This document shows, in pieces, positions 1 through 11,410 of a stretch of 47,060 nucleotides of DNA. A program made the translations under genes and the position numbers. The DNA is taken from positions 62,001-109,060 of the forward strand of contig JAYWIR010000118.1 of the NCBI GenBank assembly GCA_036172245.1, read 5' to 3'. Under the pieces are notes generated by a model. That model did not search any database. It was not told where the DNA came from and saw only the letters and a list, made by a program, of their open reading frames with translations. Position 1 is the stretch's first letter, and every line of letters starts with the position of its first letter. This stretch comes from Raillietiella orientalis (taxonomy: Eukaryota).

Positions 1-923
1 ATTGCCATCCGGGAACTCGCAGACTGGGACCATCTTAAAAGATCGGTTCGCGAATTTTGCGACCGGTTCCCCCTGCACCGGCTTCCACGCGGCTTCTGGG
101 GAGGCGTGGCCAATAGCAAAGCATTTTTGCAGGCCCGCACCTTCTCGAGACTTGCAGAAGTCCGGCAACTCGCAGAGTTCAAGGCGAGGGCCGAGCGCCA
201 GTTCTGGCAGTCTGAAGCGGCTATTCTGCTCGACGACCAAGGCCGGCAATGCACGGCTCCTGCCTAAGTGCAGCGAGCACTAAAGCGTCACTTCTCCTTG
301 CTCTACGCTAATTCGTCGACGGAAAGAGTCCTTTCCGAACTACTTTTGCCGCAAGCTGCACATGGCATCGGCGAGGAGGAACGCGCTCTTCTCGACGAGC
401 CCTTCACGTTGAAGGAAGTTTCTTCCGCCATCGCAGAACTCAAGAGACAAAAGGCGCCAGGTAAGGACGAACTGCCCGCGGAGTTCTATCAGAGCTTCGC
501 GGCGGAACCGGCACCACTGGTGCTTAGAATCTCGACGCTGATGAGGGTGACGGGCGATGTCCCTTCTTCCTTCCGCTCAGCGAGGGTGCTCCTTCCGAAA
601 GGAGGGGATCTGCGCCAGCTAAAGAACTGGCGTCCGATCACATTAGTGAATACGGACGTCAAGTTGTTTCCGAAGCTGTGGGTCAAGCGCTTAGGGAAAA
701 TTGCGGAGTACTTGGTAAGCCCGGAGCAGTCTTACACTTTACCGAATAGATCCATGAATGCGAACCTTCTTTTCGCGCGCACATGGTGGTAGCATCAAGA
801 GCGCGTTGCGGCGGATAGCCGAACAGCGGCAAGACCTTCTGCTGACTGCGTGCGCCAGTGCGGACGGACGAAAGAAAGGCCAAGAGCCTTAGCACTAGCA
901 GAAAATTTGCACAAAGCATTCGA
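1..923 (+). mobile_element. Element A: L1/Tx1-like LINE ORF2 fragment (EN-RT linker and RT N-terminus), degenerate, cut off at the KAFD motif
   Basis: ORF 268-792 contains KAPGKDELPAEFY and LKNWRPITLVNTDVKL (L1/Tx1-type RT N-terminus). Sequence continues to ...LHKAFD at 908-923, then switches to the 3' end of element B. Confidence 0.9.
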
Positions 924-954
924 TTTTCACCCTGATTTCGCCGGGACGTTTATT
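924..954 (-). other. 3'-terminal AATAAA + stem-loop (element B)
   Basis: Element sense: aataaa cgtcccgg cgaaa tcagggtg aaaa. Confidence 0.8.
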
Positions 955-3274
955 GTAAAATAAACATTTACAAAGACGTGCGGTGGCTGGACCATTGCTC
1001 CAGCCACGCACGGAGAAACACAGAGCCTGCTGGGTCACCGGTTCGCAGACCGGTACGGTGAACCACGGCAGCAGGGGGGAGGGGGAAAAACTAAAACCAA
1101 AGCAAAAAAGAAAAGAAAAGTTGGGAGGATAAGGCAAGGGATCACCGTTGCTGGTGGGGCCGTTGCATCCTTTGCAGGATGCCGGCAAGCTCCTTCTGTA
1201 TCCCTGGATCCAGATGGGGCCATCAAGACGCCCTCCTCAGGAACTAGGAGGCTAACTGGATGGCACCCTGGTCGCGTTGACCTCCCGTAGCCTTGCTCCA
1301 AGCGGTGACGATCCAGCGTAGGCAGCACAAAGCTGATAACGAGGCCGCTGGCTGAAGGGCGTCGGCAACAAAGAGGGCTTTCAGTGCGTCCCTGGGGTTG
1401 CCGCAGGGGTTTCAAATGGCCGCGGCAAAGCGAAACCAAAGGGGCCGAAGGGCAACACAATCCACTAGCAGGAGGGGGAGGGAATCCCGTTCCCCACACC
1501 TGACGCAATTGGGGTCCACCGCTCCCCAGGTCCAGTGGTGACGGCACGCGTTGCAGGGGAGTCCCCAGTGCTGCAACAGGAGATCCGACTCATGCCATTT
1601 TAAGGGAATGGTGGAGGTGTTCATGAGCACCGGGGGCCACTTCAGACGTTCAATGGGAACGTCGAGCAGCGTGTTCCAGCGCAGAAGTCCATTGGGAGGC
1701 GTACTCGGGGTCGCAGCGTCTGTTAACTGGCCCGTCTTCCACTCTCCTATCTTCTTCTCCTTTCCGGAGATTGTTACTGTAACCAACCACTTCGCCGCAA
1801 CATCACTGTTCAGATCTTCCATAAGGGAGGGCAGCGCAGCAGCAAGGGGGGTTCTTCCTGCCCACGCCCTCTTCTTTGGATCCTCCAGGATATCGCGGAG
1901 CGTGCAACTTCTGTAACCCTTAAACAGAAACCTTCGTTCCTGTTGGGAGGGTTGCATGCCGAACTGTCCTTACGTTCGAACGGTTTCCTGCAACCAGAAA
2001 CTACCATTCAAAGGGCGACAGGTGAGCAATCCTGGGTTTTTCCGATACAGCGCAGCCACCCTCCGTAGCTGGAGTCCGCATCGGTTGACGCGGCGACGGA
2101 GTGCAAGAAACGACGTCAGTCCCGTCTTGCCGGTGTCTTGCTGGAGAAGGAGACGTGTGGGGATGCACCAACAGGTGCACCACAACTCTGGAACGAGTGC
2201 CGACAATCGGAACTGAAGCTGAAGCTCCAGCCGCTCCAGCGTCAGGAGGCCCAGACCACCATCCCGACGAGGAGCGCACAGGTCCTTTAAGCGGACTCGG
2301 GCCCTCCCGTTGCCCCACAGGGCGATACGGAGGAGGTCCTTTGTCCGCTTTCTAATTCTCTCTGTGGGGAGGCAAACAAAAAGCAGGGGGCGGAGGAGAG
2401 GAGCCGCGAACGTGTTCCAAACCGCGGCCCGTTCAGGCAGGAATCCCCTGCCGCCTCGGAACGGGCCGACCGCCGTTCCTACTGTCTGGAGGCAGCCGGA
2501 CCACGCTTCTGCAGGAGAGTAGTCCCCTAACGGCACACCAAGGTACTTGAAGTACCTCACCGTGGGGATTTCCAAACGGACCCAGTCCTGCTGCCGTGCC
2601 CACGCCGCACCAACTGGCTTCACGGACGACTTCGCTTTGTTCACCGTAAGTCCGGTTCCCCGATGCATTAGGTCGAAGAACTCCTCGACCGCCGAAGCCG
2701 GGGTGGACATAGGGAGCAGCAGCAGAAGTTCGTCCGCGTACGCTGAAACGGCCGGCGTACCGGCACAGTCGTGCGGCAGGTGCGAGAGAGTTCCCCTGTA
2801 CGCTCTCAGTACCTACTCATAGTAGGCACTGAAGAGCAAGGGGCTCAGGCTGTCTCCCTGCCGGATCCCACGCCGCATTGTCACGCCGTGCACGATCTGA
2901 ACGATGAAAGTAACGTTGATGAGCGCGTCGCGTCAGCAGGAGCGCAGATAGGCCACTAATGCGGCCGGGAAGCCCAAGCGTTCCAGAAGCTCCAGAAGGA
3001 GATTCTGGTCGACGCAATCGAATGCTTTCCGCAAGTCGATTGCGACCGCAAGGGCTCCCTCCCCCACCCGACCAACCAACCCCTTGCCGGCGCACGCACC
3101 GGAATTCCGGCTGCGCACCAAACTCTTTTCATGTTGGAGCTCTAGCCAGGTGGAAGCGTGGAACAGGTTCGCCTTCATGCTTCGCCCGGGAACAGCATAT
3201 GTCTGTTCCGGGCTGATGAAAATGTTGGCAACCCGTCCCAGACGCTCTGCCTAAACCTTTGCTAGCAACTTGGC
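924..3274 (-). mobile_element. Element B: 3' part of a LINE (RT core to 3' end), degenerate
   Basis: Minus-strand ORFs give AIDLRKAFD, GIRQGDSLSPLLF, YADE (2730-2741), FKYLGVPL, DGGLGL and the C-terminal CVRCGERDSLPLLLVDC. Stop at ~1142, then 3' UTR and terminal stem-loop at 924-954. Confidence 0.92.
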
Positions 3275-3291
3275 GTGCGGACGTGTTTTTT
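3275..3291 (+). promoter_or_regulatory. 5'-terminal motif GCGGACGTGTTTTT (element C), candidate internal promoter element
   Basis: Same motif at the 5' ends of H, K1, K2, J (variant) and L (variant). Confidence 0.55.
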
Positions 3292-3364
3292 CCGCGCTCC
3301 TCTGCGCCTGTTGTAAAGCGTTCTTTCTCATTAGTGTTTGTATGTGGAGCATCTACGGTGTCCA

Positions 3365-5335
3365 ATGGAAGCAATGCCTAGGGACACCGCGATGGAAGTC
3401 GGCGGGGAAGAGGATTGCTCTTCTCCCCAACCAATTGAGGTGGGGGCAGCCGCCCCGACGGAGGAGAGAGCAACCGCTCCCTCGAAATAGGGGGCAACTG
3501 CGTCTCCGGAAACGAGGGCTAGTGCCACCTGGAAAAATGGAGCAACCGTCCTCGTGCAAAAGGCCGCAACTGCCCCCTTGAAAAAGGGGACAACCGCTGG
3601 CTTGGAAAAGGGCGCAAACGCCTCCTTGAAAAAGGGGGCAATTGCGTCCTCGGATCCACCTGTTCCATGCACGATGAGCTGTTGCTCCGTTGCTGCAGCT
3701 CCATCTCCTGCTGCCTCAGCAGAAAAACGAGCCTACCTGGAACACGGATAAGAGCCGTACTTGACTTACAAGGTAGGAAACCTGTTTGTAGGGAACACCG
3801 CTCGTAACTTTGAAAGAGAGTTACAGCGGTTGGTTGTTAAAGAAGAAGACCTGGAAGGTCTCTTCGTGATGAGTGAGGGCCAGCGGGTGGAGCTGACTTG
3901 CAAAAATGCAAGTCTGGCTCAACGCCTGCTGATCACTCCCATCACTCTGGAAGGCCGAAAGGTCTTCCCTGTAACGGAGGACCGCTCCATTGTTGCCCAC
4001 CTTACGAGTGTAACTCTTCGCATTACCAAAGCTGGCGTGCAAGAAGAGTTGCAAAAACATGGTACGGTGCACGCGCTCTGGACCAAGCCGAACGTCTTCC
4101 AAACATACGGAAGACTGTTCAGTGGCATGGCTGCAGCGCGTGTGACGGTCCACGAAAACGGTGGGCTGCCCCACAAACTCTTCGTCGGCAACGAGGTCGT
4201 CGACGTCTGGTACGTGGGCAAGCCCAAGTACTGTGGGCACTGTGATGCAACAGGGTACCTGAAAAAACGATGCCCTGATATCCAGTGTTTCCACTGCGGG
4301 AAGAAGGGCAACCTCCGGAAAGTGTGCCCAAAGCGGGAACCTCCAGCGCCTTCTGCCTTGAAAAAAGAGCGGCAAAGCCAAAAGCTTGTGCCCGAACCCT
4401 CCCAGGAAACGACGGTCGAGAAAACTTCCGACGACGCTGATGAGAACGAGAGCTGGCGGACGGCGAAGCCCAAAAGTAAAAAACCCAGAAAATCCAAGAA
4501 CTGACAGCGGAACCCGCAACATCTTAATTAAATCGGAGACAACGCCGCGCTTTCCTCCGCGAATGTTCGGTCGCTTTGGAGCGAGTGGAGATCCCCGAGA
4601 CCTCCACCGGGGGAGATATCCCTCGCCTCGCTGACGCTGAAGCCGCGATCGCGAAAGGCGAACCCTCTGTGCAAAGAGGGGGAGCCAAGCGACGCGCTCG
4701 CCTCAATCGAGGACGCCGCCTTCCAGCAGGCGGCGGAAGAGCTCGCGGCCGAACTCGCGGAGCGTGAGAACGGCGCGCGAAAGGCCTTGCGAAGGCCAGG
4801 CGCGAGCAAGGCACCTCGGACAGGTGACCACGAACCGGATGCCGGAAGTGCGTCCTCCTCCGCGGAGGCGCCTCCGAAGAAGACTGGACGGAAGTCCAAG
4901 AATCCCAAGAGGCGCATCCCGACAAAGAAGGAGGGGGACGCACCGTCATCCGAGGGGGCAGCCGGTAGCGTGGGAACGGAGGGAGGGATTTTCCCTCCCT
5001 CCGCTACTAAGCAAATGGAGACCCCCATGGAGGAGGGGGATAAGGTGAGTGATTGCCGCCCCCTCCCAACAAAGGAACCTGTCCAGGAGATAGCCATGGA
5101 GGAAAAGGAGCAAAGAGCTGACAAGCGCTCAACCTTGCCGTCCAACGCAGCCGACGAATCGGCCCCCATGGAAGAGGGGGAGCAGGTGTGTGAAACCCAA
5201 CCCCTTCAACCGTTGCGGTCCGCCGAGGAATCGGCCCCCATGGAGGAGGGAGAACCGGTGCGCGGTGATCCCGTTCCCCCATCCGTGCCGCCCGACCAGG
5301 TGGCGGGAGCCCCATTGCCACTTTCCCAGGAGTAA
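3365..5335 (+). pseudogene. Element C ORF1 (gag-like nucleic-acid-binding protein with two degenerate CCHC knuckles), disrupted
   Basis: ORF pieces 3554-3751, 3761-4504 and 4787-5335, separated by stops/frameshifts. Homologous to ORF1 of elements J, K and L. Start coordinate approximate. Confidence 0.8.
3461..3652 (+). repeat. Eight degenerate 24-bp tandem repeats (8-aa unit ~EKGATAPL) in the ORF1 N-terminal region
   Basis: Units such as caaaaggccgcaactgcccccttg / aaaaaggggacaaccgctggcttg / gaaaagggcgcaaacgcctccttg / aaaaagggggcaattgcgtcctcg. Confidence 0.85.
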
Positions 5336-5524
5336 CACCTGGGCTCGCCTGTCGCCGTCGATTACGCGTGGCCTGCTGGAACGTGAACGGGCTGCGCGAC
5401 GACGGCAACAGACAGGACACGGCCGCCACCCTGCGTGACTTCGACCTGGCACTCCTGCAGGAGATCCACGTGATCACCGCGGAGAACGCCCAGGAGATCG
5501 AAAGGATCGCAGGAAGACGGTTGA

Positions 5525-5554
5525 TTGTCACCCGGGTGCGCCGGGGCGTTTATT
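5525..5554 (-). other. 3'-terminal AATAAA + stem-loop (element D)
   Basis: aataaa cgccccgg cgcac ccgggtg acaa. Confidence 0.85.
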
Positions 5555-8163
5555 ATAAACTATCCGGGAACAGGGTTCCCGGACAAAGGGGAAAACAAGA
5601 GACGAAGGAGGTGGGATCCCCGACACGCAGGTCGGTATGCCGAAAGTCCGGAACGGGAGAGAAGGGACCACAAACACTCTACTATATAAAAAAAATAAAA
5701 GAACAATATGGAGGGCAGGGGACAGGGGTCTTTGATAAATACGTTCCTTCCTTTCAAAACCAGCGATGGATGCCGGCGATCTCTCTCCTTACGCCCTGTG
5801 GCAGATAAGCCCACTGGGCAGCCGACGACATGTTTGCGCTGGCTAATCCGGTGGGCTGACGAAGGATGGCCAGCTTCTCCAACTCTCGGTGGGCCTTGTC
5901 GATGGCGCGGGTGCAACACACGGTTGCAACGACAGCACCCAATGACAGGCCGCCTGGCGTGAAGAAGCGGCGCATCAACTCCCTCGCGGTGTCCCCCTGG
6001 TGCAGGAGAGCTGAGGTCAGCCTCCGCCAGAGTCCTAGAAGGGCACCGCAGTCCACGAGGAGGTGCGGGAGCATTTCCACTTCACCGCACCGCTTACAGT
6101 TTGGGGAGACGACTCCCCCGGAAACAAGGTTCGTGCGCTGGTTGGAGTGAAAACCCAAATGCATTAGCATAATCACGTCCTGCTTTCACAAAAGGGGGAA
6201 CACAGAAGTGTTCAGACACGAGGGAGGAACCACAAGTTCTTCAAGGGGCACACTCAAGTGTTCGCTCCACCGAAGGAGTCCCTTCGGAACGTGGCGAGGC
6301 GTGGCGGCGTCCGCCAGCTCGCAAGTCTTCCAGCCGCCAATAGGTCGCGTTGTTTCTACGATAATGCAGGCGGCCTCCCATCTCGCCGGTTCGCAACTTT
6401 CATCTTTTGCCTTGAGGGCTGACAGTGGTCTTCGAGGGGGGTGACGGCCAGGCGGGTCCACCTCTCCTGGCTGTTGCACACCTCATCCACCGTGCAGTAC
6501 ATGGAGAGGTGAGCGCAACAAGTTCCAGGAGGGAAAAATCCTGGTGCTTTTCCCAGCCATGCAACCGTTCCTGCCGCCAGGCTTCAAAGTTCGTTGGGAG
6601 GCAAGAGATCCATTCCTGGGCTTCCAGGAGCATATACAGCGGTTTCAAGGGAAAACCGAAGCTTCTCGTGGCGCACTCCGTGTGCGGCCGCAGCGACAGA
6701 AGTCCATCGCTGCCTGTGCAGCGCCGCAGAAGCAGGCGCGCGGGAGCGCACCACGGACTGGAGCAAAGGTTGGTGCACAGGGCCAACATCCGAAGCTGCA
6801 CCTGCAGCTCGATTCTCTCCAGCGTCAGGATGCCTAAGCCAGCAGCCCGAAGCGGAGCCGCCAAGTTTTTGAGGCGGATCCTTGTCCTCGCAGATCCCCA
6901 CAGAGCGTTCCTGAACAGGCTGTGCGCCTGGAGCTTGGCCAAGTAGGGAAGCGGGCAAACAAAAAGCAGGGGGCGCAAGAGAGGGGCAACGAAGGTGTTC
7001 CATATCGTGGCTTGCTCCGGCAGGACGAACCTGCCATGGTGGAACGGGCTCAGGGCATTCGAAGCCTTCCGAAGGCAGTCCGACCACACTTCCACTGGGC
7101 TGATGTTCCCCAGCGGAACATCCAGATATTCCACGGAGGATGCGGTCGGGATCCCCAGGCGGATCCAGTCGGACTGCCCCTCCCACGCCGCACCAATCGG
7201 TACGACCACGCTCCTGCTCCGGTCTACGCTCATGCCCGCTCCCCGGCGAATCAGCTCGAAGAAATCCTCGAGAATGGATGCCGGGGTGGTCAAGGGTAAG
7301 AGAAGGAGCAGGTCGTCAGGATAGGCCGCCACGGACGGCGTTCCTGGACAAGAGTTTGGCAGGTTGGCCAGCGTCAGCCTGTACGCCCTCAGCACCAACT
7401 CAAAGAAGATGCTGAAGAGCAACGGGCATAAGCTGTCGCCCTGCCTGATGCCCCGCCGCACCGGCACGCCGTACACGTGGCAGCCGCTAAAAGAGATGGA
7501 TATGAGCGCATGGCGCCAGCAAGCGCGCAAATACGCAACGAGGTGCACCGGGAGACCGAGGCGTTCCAGGAGCTCCAGCAGGAGATCCTGATTTACGCAA
7601 TCGAACGCCTTGCGGAGATCGCTCGCGACCGCCAAGGCACCCGGCGTTTCCCCAGGCCAAATTCAGCGACGCCTAGCCTCGGCAGCCGCTGACGGGGTTG
7701 CCTGGCTGTCGTGCGCCACGTAGCGTTGCAGCTCGAGCCACGTGCGCGCGAAGAACAGGTTCGCCTCCATGGACCGCCCGAGAACAGCGTAAGACTGCTC
7801 CGGACTTACCACGGATCCAGCGATCTTGCCCAGGCGCGCGACCCACAGCCTGGAGAGCAACTTGACGTCCGCATTCACCAAGGTGATGGGACGCCAGATG
7901 CTTAAATGGCGCATGTCTCCGCCTTTCGGCAACAGACGCACCCTTGCTGAGCGAAACGAGGCCGGGACATTGCCCGTCTCTCGCATCAGCGCAGAAAGCC
8001 TCAGCACCAGGGGGATGAGTTCCGCCGCGAAGCACTGGAAGAACTCCGCAGGCAGAGCATCCTCACCTGGAGCCTTGCGCTTCTTGAGGCCCGCTATGGC
8101 GCAAGACACTTCTTCCGCCGTGAAGGGCAAGTCAAGAGTGGCGCGTTCCTCCTCGTCCAAGCT
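5525..8163 (-). mobile_element. Element D: 3' part of a LINE (RT to 3' end), degenerate; possibly the downstream part of element F
   Basis: KAPGEDALPAEFF, WRPITLVN, DLRKAFD, GIRQGDSLCPLLF, YPDD and CKRCGEVEMLPHLLVDC. Terminal stem-loop at 5525-5554. Confidence 0.92.
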
Positions 8164-10337
8164 TGGAGGCCAACCTGTTCCTCGCCAGTACATGGTGGCA
8201 GTTGCAACAAAGCGAAGACCAGGGAGGTCAAGAGAATCCTGGATTCTCCTCTGAGCAGGGAGGGGACGCCCTTTATGGAAGAGCCGCGCCCAGTGCCCTT
8301 GCGGTCGCAGTCGATCTGCGTAAAGCGTTCGATAGCGTCGACCAGGAACTGCTTCTGGAGCTCCTGGAACGCTTGGGATTCCCGGCCGTCTTCCGGGCTT
8401 ACCTGCGCTCCTGCTGGCGCTTCGCTCTAATCAACATCTCTTTTAGCGGCCGGCACGTGTACGGCGTGCCGGTTCGGCGTGGCATAAGGCAGGGTGACAG
8501 TCTGAGCCCCTTGCTGTTCAGCATCTACTTCGAGTTGGTTAGAGACGGGATGGGCCTCGAGGTGAACAGAGAGAAATCTTCCATCGTTACAACATCACCA
8601 CAACTATTCAACCATGCGGCGTGGGCCGGACGGCCGGACTGGATCCGCTTGGGGATCCCCACGGGCAGGTGCTTGAAGTACCTTGGCGTTCCGTTGGGGG
8701 ACTTCTGCGTTGCAGAAGCCTGGTCCGACCGTCTCCAAAAGGTGGAGTTGGCGATCGGCCCGTTCCGGAACAGCAAGTTTTACTTGCAGGAGCGGGCCGC
8801 GGTGTGGAACGCGTTCGCGGCCCCCCTCCTTCGCCCCTTACTTTTTGTTTGCTCCGCCCCTCCCATCATACAGAGACGGACCAAAGCCCTCTTGAGGACT
8901 GCCCTTTGGGGCACAGCGAGGTCGCGAGTCCGATTGAAAGACTTGTGCGCTCCACGCAGGGATGGTGGCTTGGGCCTCCTTACGTTGGAGCGCATCCAAC
9001 TTCGAACAACAATTCGAAAGTTAGCCCTTGCGGCTAGCTAATGGATGACGCCATTGTGCGATCCGGCACGGCTCCTCGCCAGAAGAGCGACCGGCTGCGA
9101 CGGATTGTCCTCGATCCTCGTGGCCTACCAGCGCAGCCTCTCCAACTGTGGCCCCGATTTGCGCCAGATGGTCGCCCTGATGACGGAGAATACCTGGATC
9201 TCCTGCATCCCCGCGAACTGCACTGCCTGGCTTCAGGAGTCAGCTTCCGCGTGGGCTAAGATCAACGGCACGAGCGAGGCGGAATACAACTGCCTACGAC
9301 GAGGACCGTACGCTCGACAGCCGCTGCAGGATATTATCAACACGCCCCGGATGTTTCTGTGGGCTTCTTTCAGTTCCCTTGTCCCCGTTCTGTCCTCCCT
9401 GAAAAACAGTAGGAGCAGCAACGAGCTGGCATCGTGGGAAGTGTCCTGCCTCATTCGAGGCAGGAAAAAACCTTTAAAGGGGTGGACGACTCGGGAGCTA
9501 ACGGACGCTGCCATCCAGAGCGTCCCGCCTCACGGACTTGCGCGCTGGGGAGTGCTGCTCGCGATACCTCCGGAGAAGGTGAAGTGGCCCCCAGCGTGTT
9601 GGGATTGCGCCACACTTCCGATGAAGTGGCAGGAGACGGCGTTGCTATTTCTGCACTGGGGACTGTTAAGCAGAGCACGCCTGTCTCACTGGACACTGGG
9701 AAATGTGGATGCCCGCTGTGTCGAGTGCGGAGAAAGAGAAACCTTCCCGCATCTCACCCTCGAGTGTGTCGCCCTGGATGGACTCTGGAGTCGAATCGCC
9801 CCAATCCTCCATCTTCCAGTAGGCGACCCTAAGGAAATTTACCGTCGCCTCTTTCTGCGTGACGGCCTGCGCCCCGCCGCGTCTCTAGCAGTCCTCTGCT
9901 GCGTGCGCGGCATTGTGCAAAGGTGGCACGCCAGAAGAAGAGGCCCAAGATGCAGGGACGCCATCCACTGGACGACGATCTCTTTAGAGACGGCGACAAG
10001 GTGGCGTCTACCTTTCAGAGTTAAAACAGAACTTGACTGCATTCTGAACAGGATGCTGAGGACCGACCCAGGCGCTCAGTGATCCCTTCCCTGCCCCCCC
10101 CCCTCTCCCCATAAAACTGTTTCCCTCCCCGTTATCTCTCTTTTTGTTTGTTTTTGTTCTAGTTTTCCTTTCCCATGCGCCTCGGGAATGGATCTAACCG
10201 GTCTATGCACCGGCAACAGACACGTCAACCAAGGTGGGAAAACCAATTGTTTCCCACAATTAACTTTTGAAAGACTTTATTATGTAATTTTTGTAAAAAA
10301 TTAGAATAATAAATGCCCCGGCATATCCGTATGGCAA
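8164..10337 (+). mobile_element. Element E: 5'-truncated LINE (RT to 3' end) lacking the YADD segment
   Basis: ORFs 8163-9041 and 9045-10082 (DLRKAFD, GIRQGDSLSPLLF, KYLGVPL, CVECGERETFPHLTLEC). Stop at 10082, then 3' UTR and stem-loop at 10308-10337. Confidence 0.92.
10308..10337 (+). other. 3'-terminal AATAAA + stem-loop (element E, degenerate 3' arm)
   Basis: aataaa tgccccgg catat ccgtatg gcaa. Confidence 0.75.
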
Positions 10338-11410
10338 ACTTCGGCCGCGCCCGAGCACTCCAGGCCCTGGTCGTCGAGCAGACAAGCTGCTCCTGACTGC
10401 CAGACCTGGCGCTCGGCCTTGGCCTTGTACTCCGCAAAGTACCGGACGTCCGGGCATCGGAAGGATTGGCGGGCCTGCAGAAACTCTCTGCTGTTGGCCA
10501 CGCCTTCCCCGAAGCCACGGGAAAGCAGGCGCAAGGGGAACCGGCTGCAGAGCTCGCGGACCGATCTTTTCAGATCGTCCCAGTCCACGAGCTCTCGAAC
10601 GGCAGAGGTCCGGAGATGCTGGCGGAGGTGCTCCGCAGCCACCGGATTTCTCAACCAGTCAGCCGGCAACCTCCAGACGTGCGTCAGAGGGCCCTTGGCA
10701 GGCGGGAGTATCTCAAACTCCAGCCTGTAGTGGTCGGAAAGCTCGGACGGCACGGGACCTCTTCGACCCACCCGACAATGCAGGTGATCGTCGAGGAACA
10801 CATGGTCCGGCAAAGCACGCATTCCGGGATCGGCAGCTAGCAAATTCGAGGCGTGCACCGACGCGCACACCTTGTTCACCAGCCGTTTCTCCCGGCGACG
10901 GTGAGACTCCTTTGGTAGCGCGTGGACGCTGAAGTCCCCGGCTACGAGGTGAGCCACGTCGGGGCCGGAGTTGCTGAGCCAGCGGTCGCGCAGTCTCTCG
11001 AAAAACTCCAGTTTCTCGGTGTGACGCGCGGAGCCGCTCGGCGCGTACACGTTCGTGACGAAAAGGTTGATCGATTCGGACCACTTGAGAACAAGTTGGC
11101 CCACACGACCTTCTTCGTCGAAACAAACGCTCCGCACCGCTGCGGTCACCCTGCCCCGGACAAGGAATGTGACTCCGCAGGTATTCTGGGATCCTGACCC
11201 CCAATGGAGCGTCCCGCCTGCGCGAACTTGCAGATCGGCCGCTTGCTGCTCGGAGAGTGCGTGAATCTCCTGCAGCAGGGCCAGATCGAAGTCGCGCAAG
11301 ACGTTGGCAACCAATCGCCTCTTCTCGTTGTCCTGCAGCCCGTTGACGTTCCAACAGGCCATTCGGACGCGACGGGGAGAAGCGAGACCGCGCATTGCTG
11401 CTACGGACAT
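10338..11410 (-). pseudogene. Element F ORF2 N-terminus: APE (exonuclease III-like) endonuclease, truncated by element E
   Basis: Open frame with APE motifs. GDFN is mutated to GDFS; the paralogous copy Q retains GDFN. Confidence 0.88.

Larger units (their letters stand above)
3275..5524 (+). mobile_element. Element C: 5' part of a LINE (5' end, ORF1, start of endonuclease), interrupted by element D
   Basis: Starts with gtgcggacgtgtttttt. ORF1 has WYVGKPKYCGHC...CFHC zinc knuckles. EN start ACWNVNGL...LLQEIH at 5368-5470. Confidence 0.92.

Noticed and set aside
5490..5524. D-in-C and P-in-L insertions as a third identical-site pair
   Set aside because: Both are antisense in the EN N-terminus, but they are about 25 nt apart (after AGRRL versus within AQEI), so they are not the same site.
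5368..5808. 146-aa ORF beginning with endonuclease motifs
   Set aside because: Only the first ~52 aa are EN; the rest is read-through into the antisense 3' UTR of element D.
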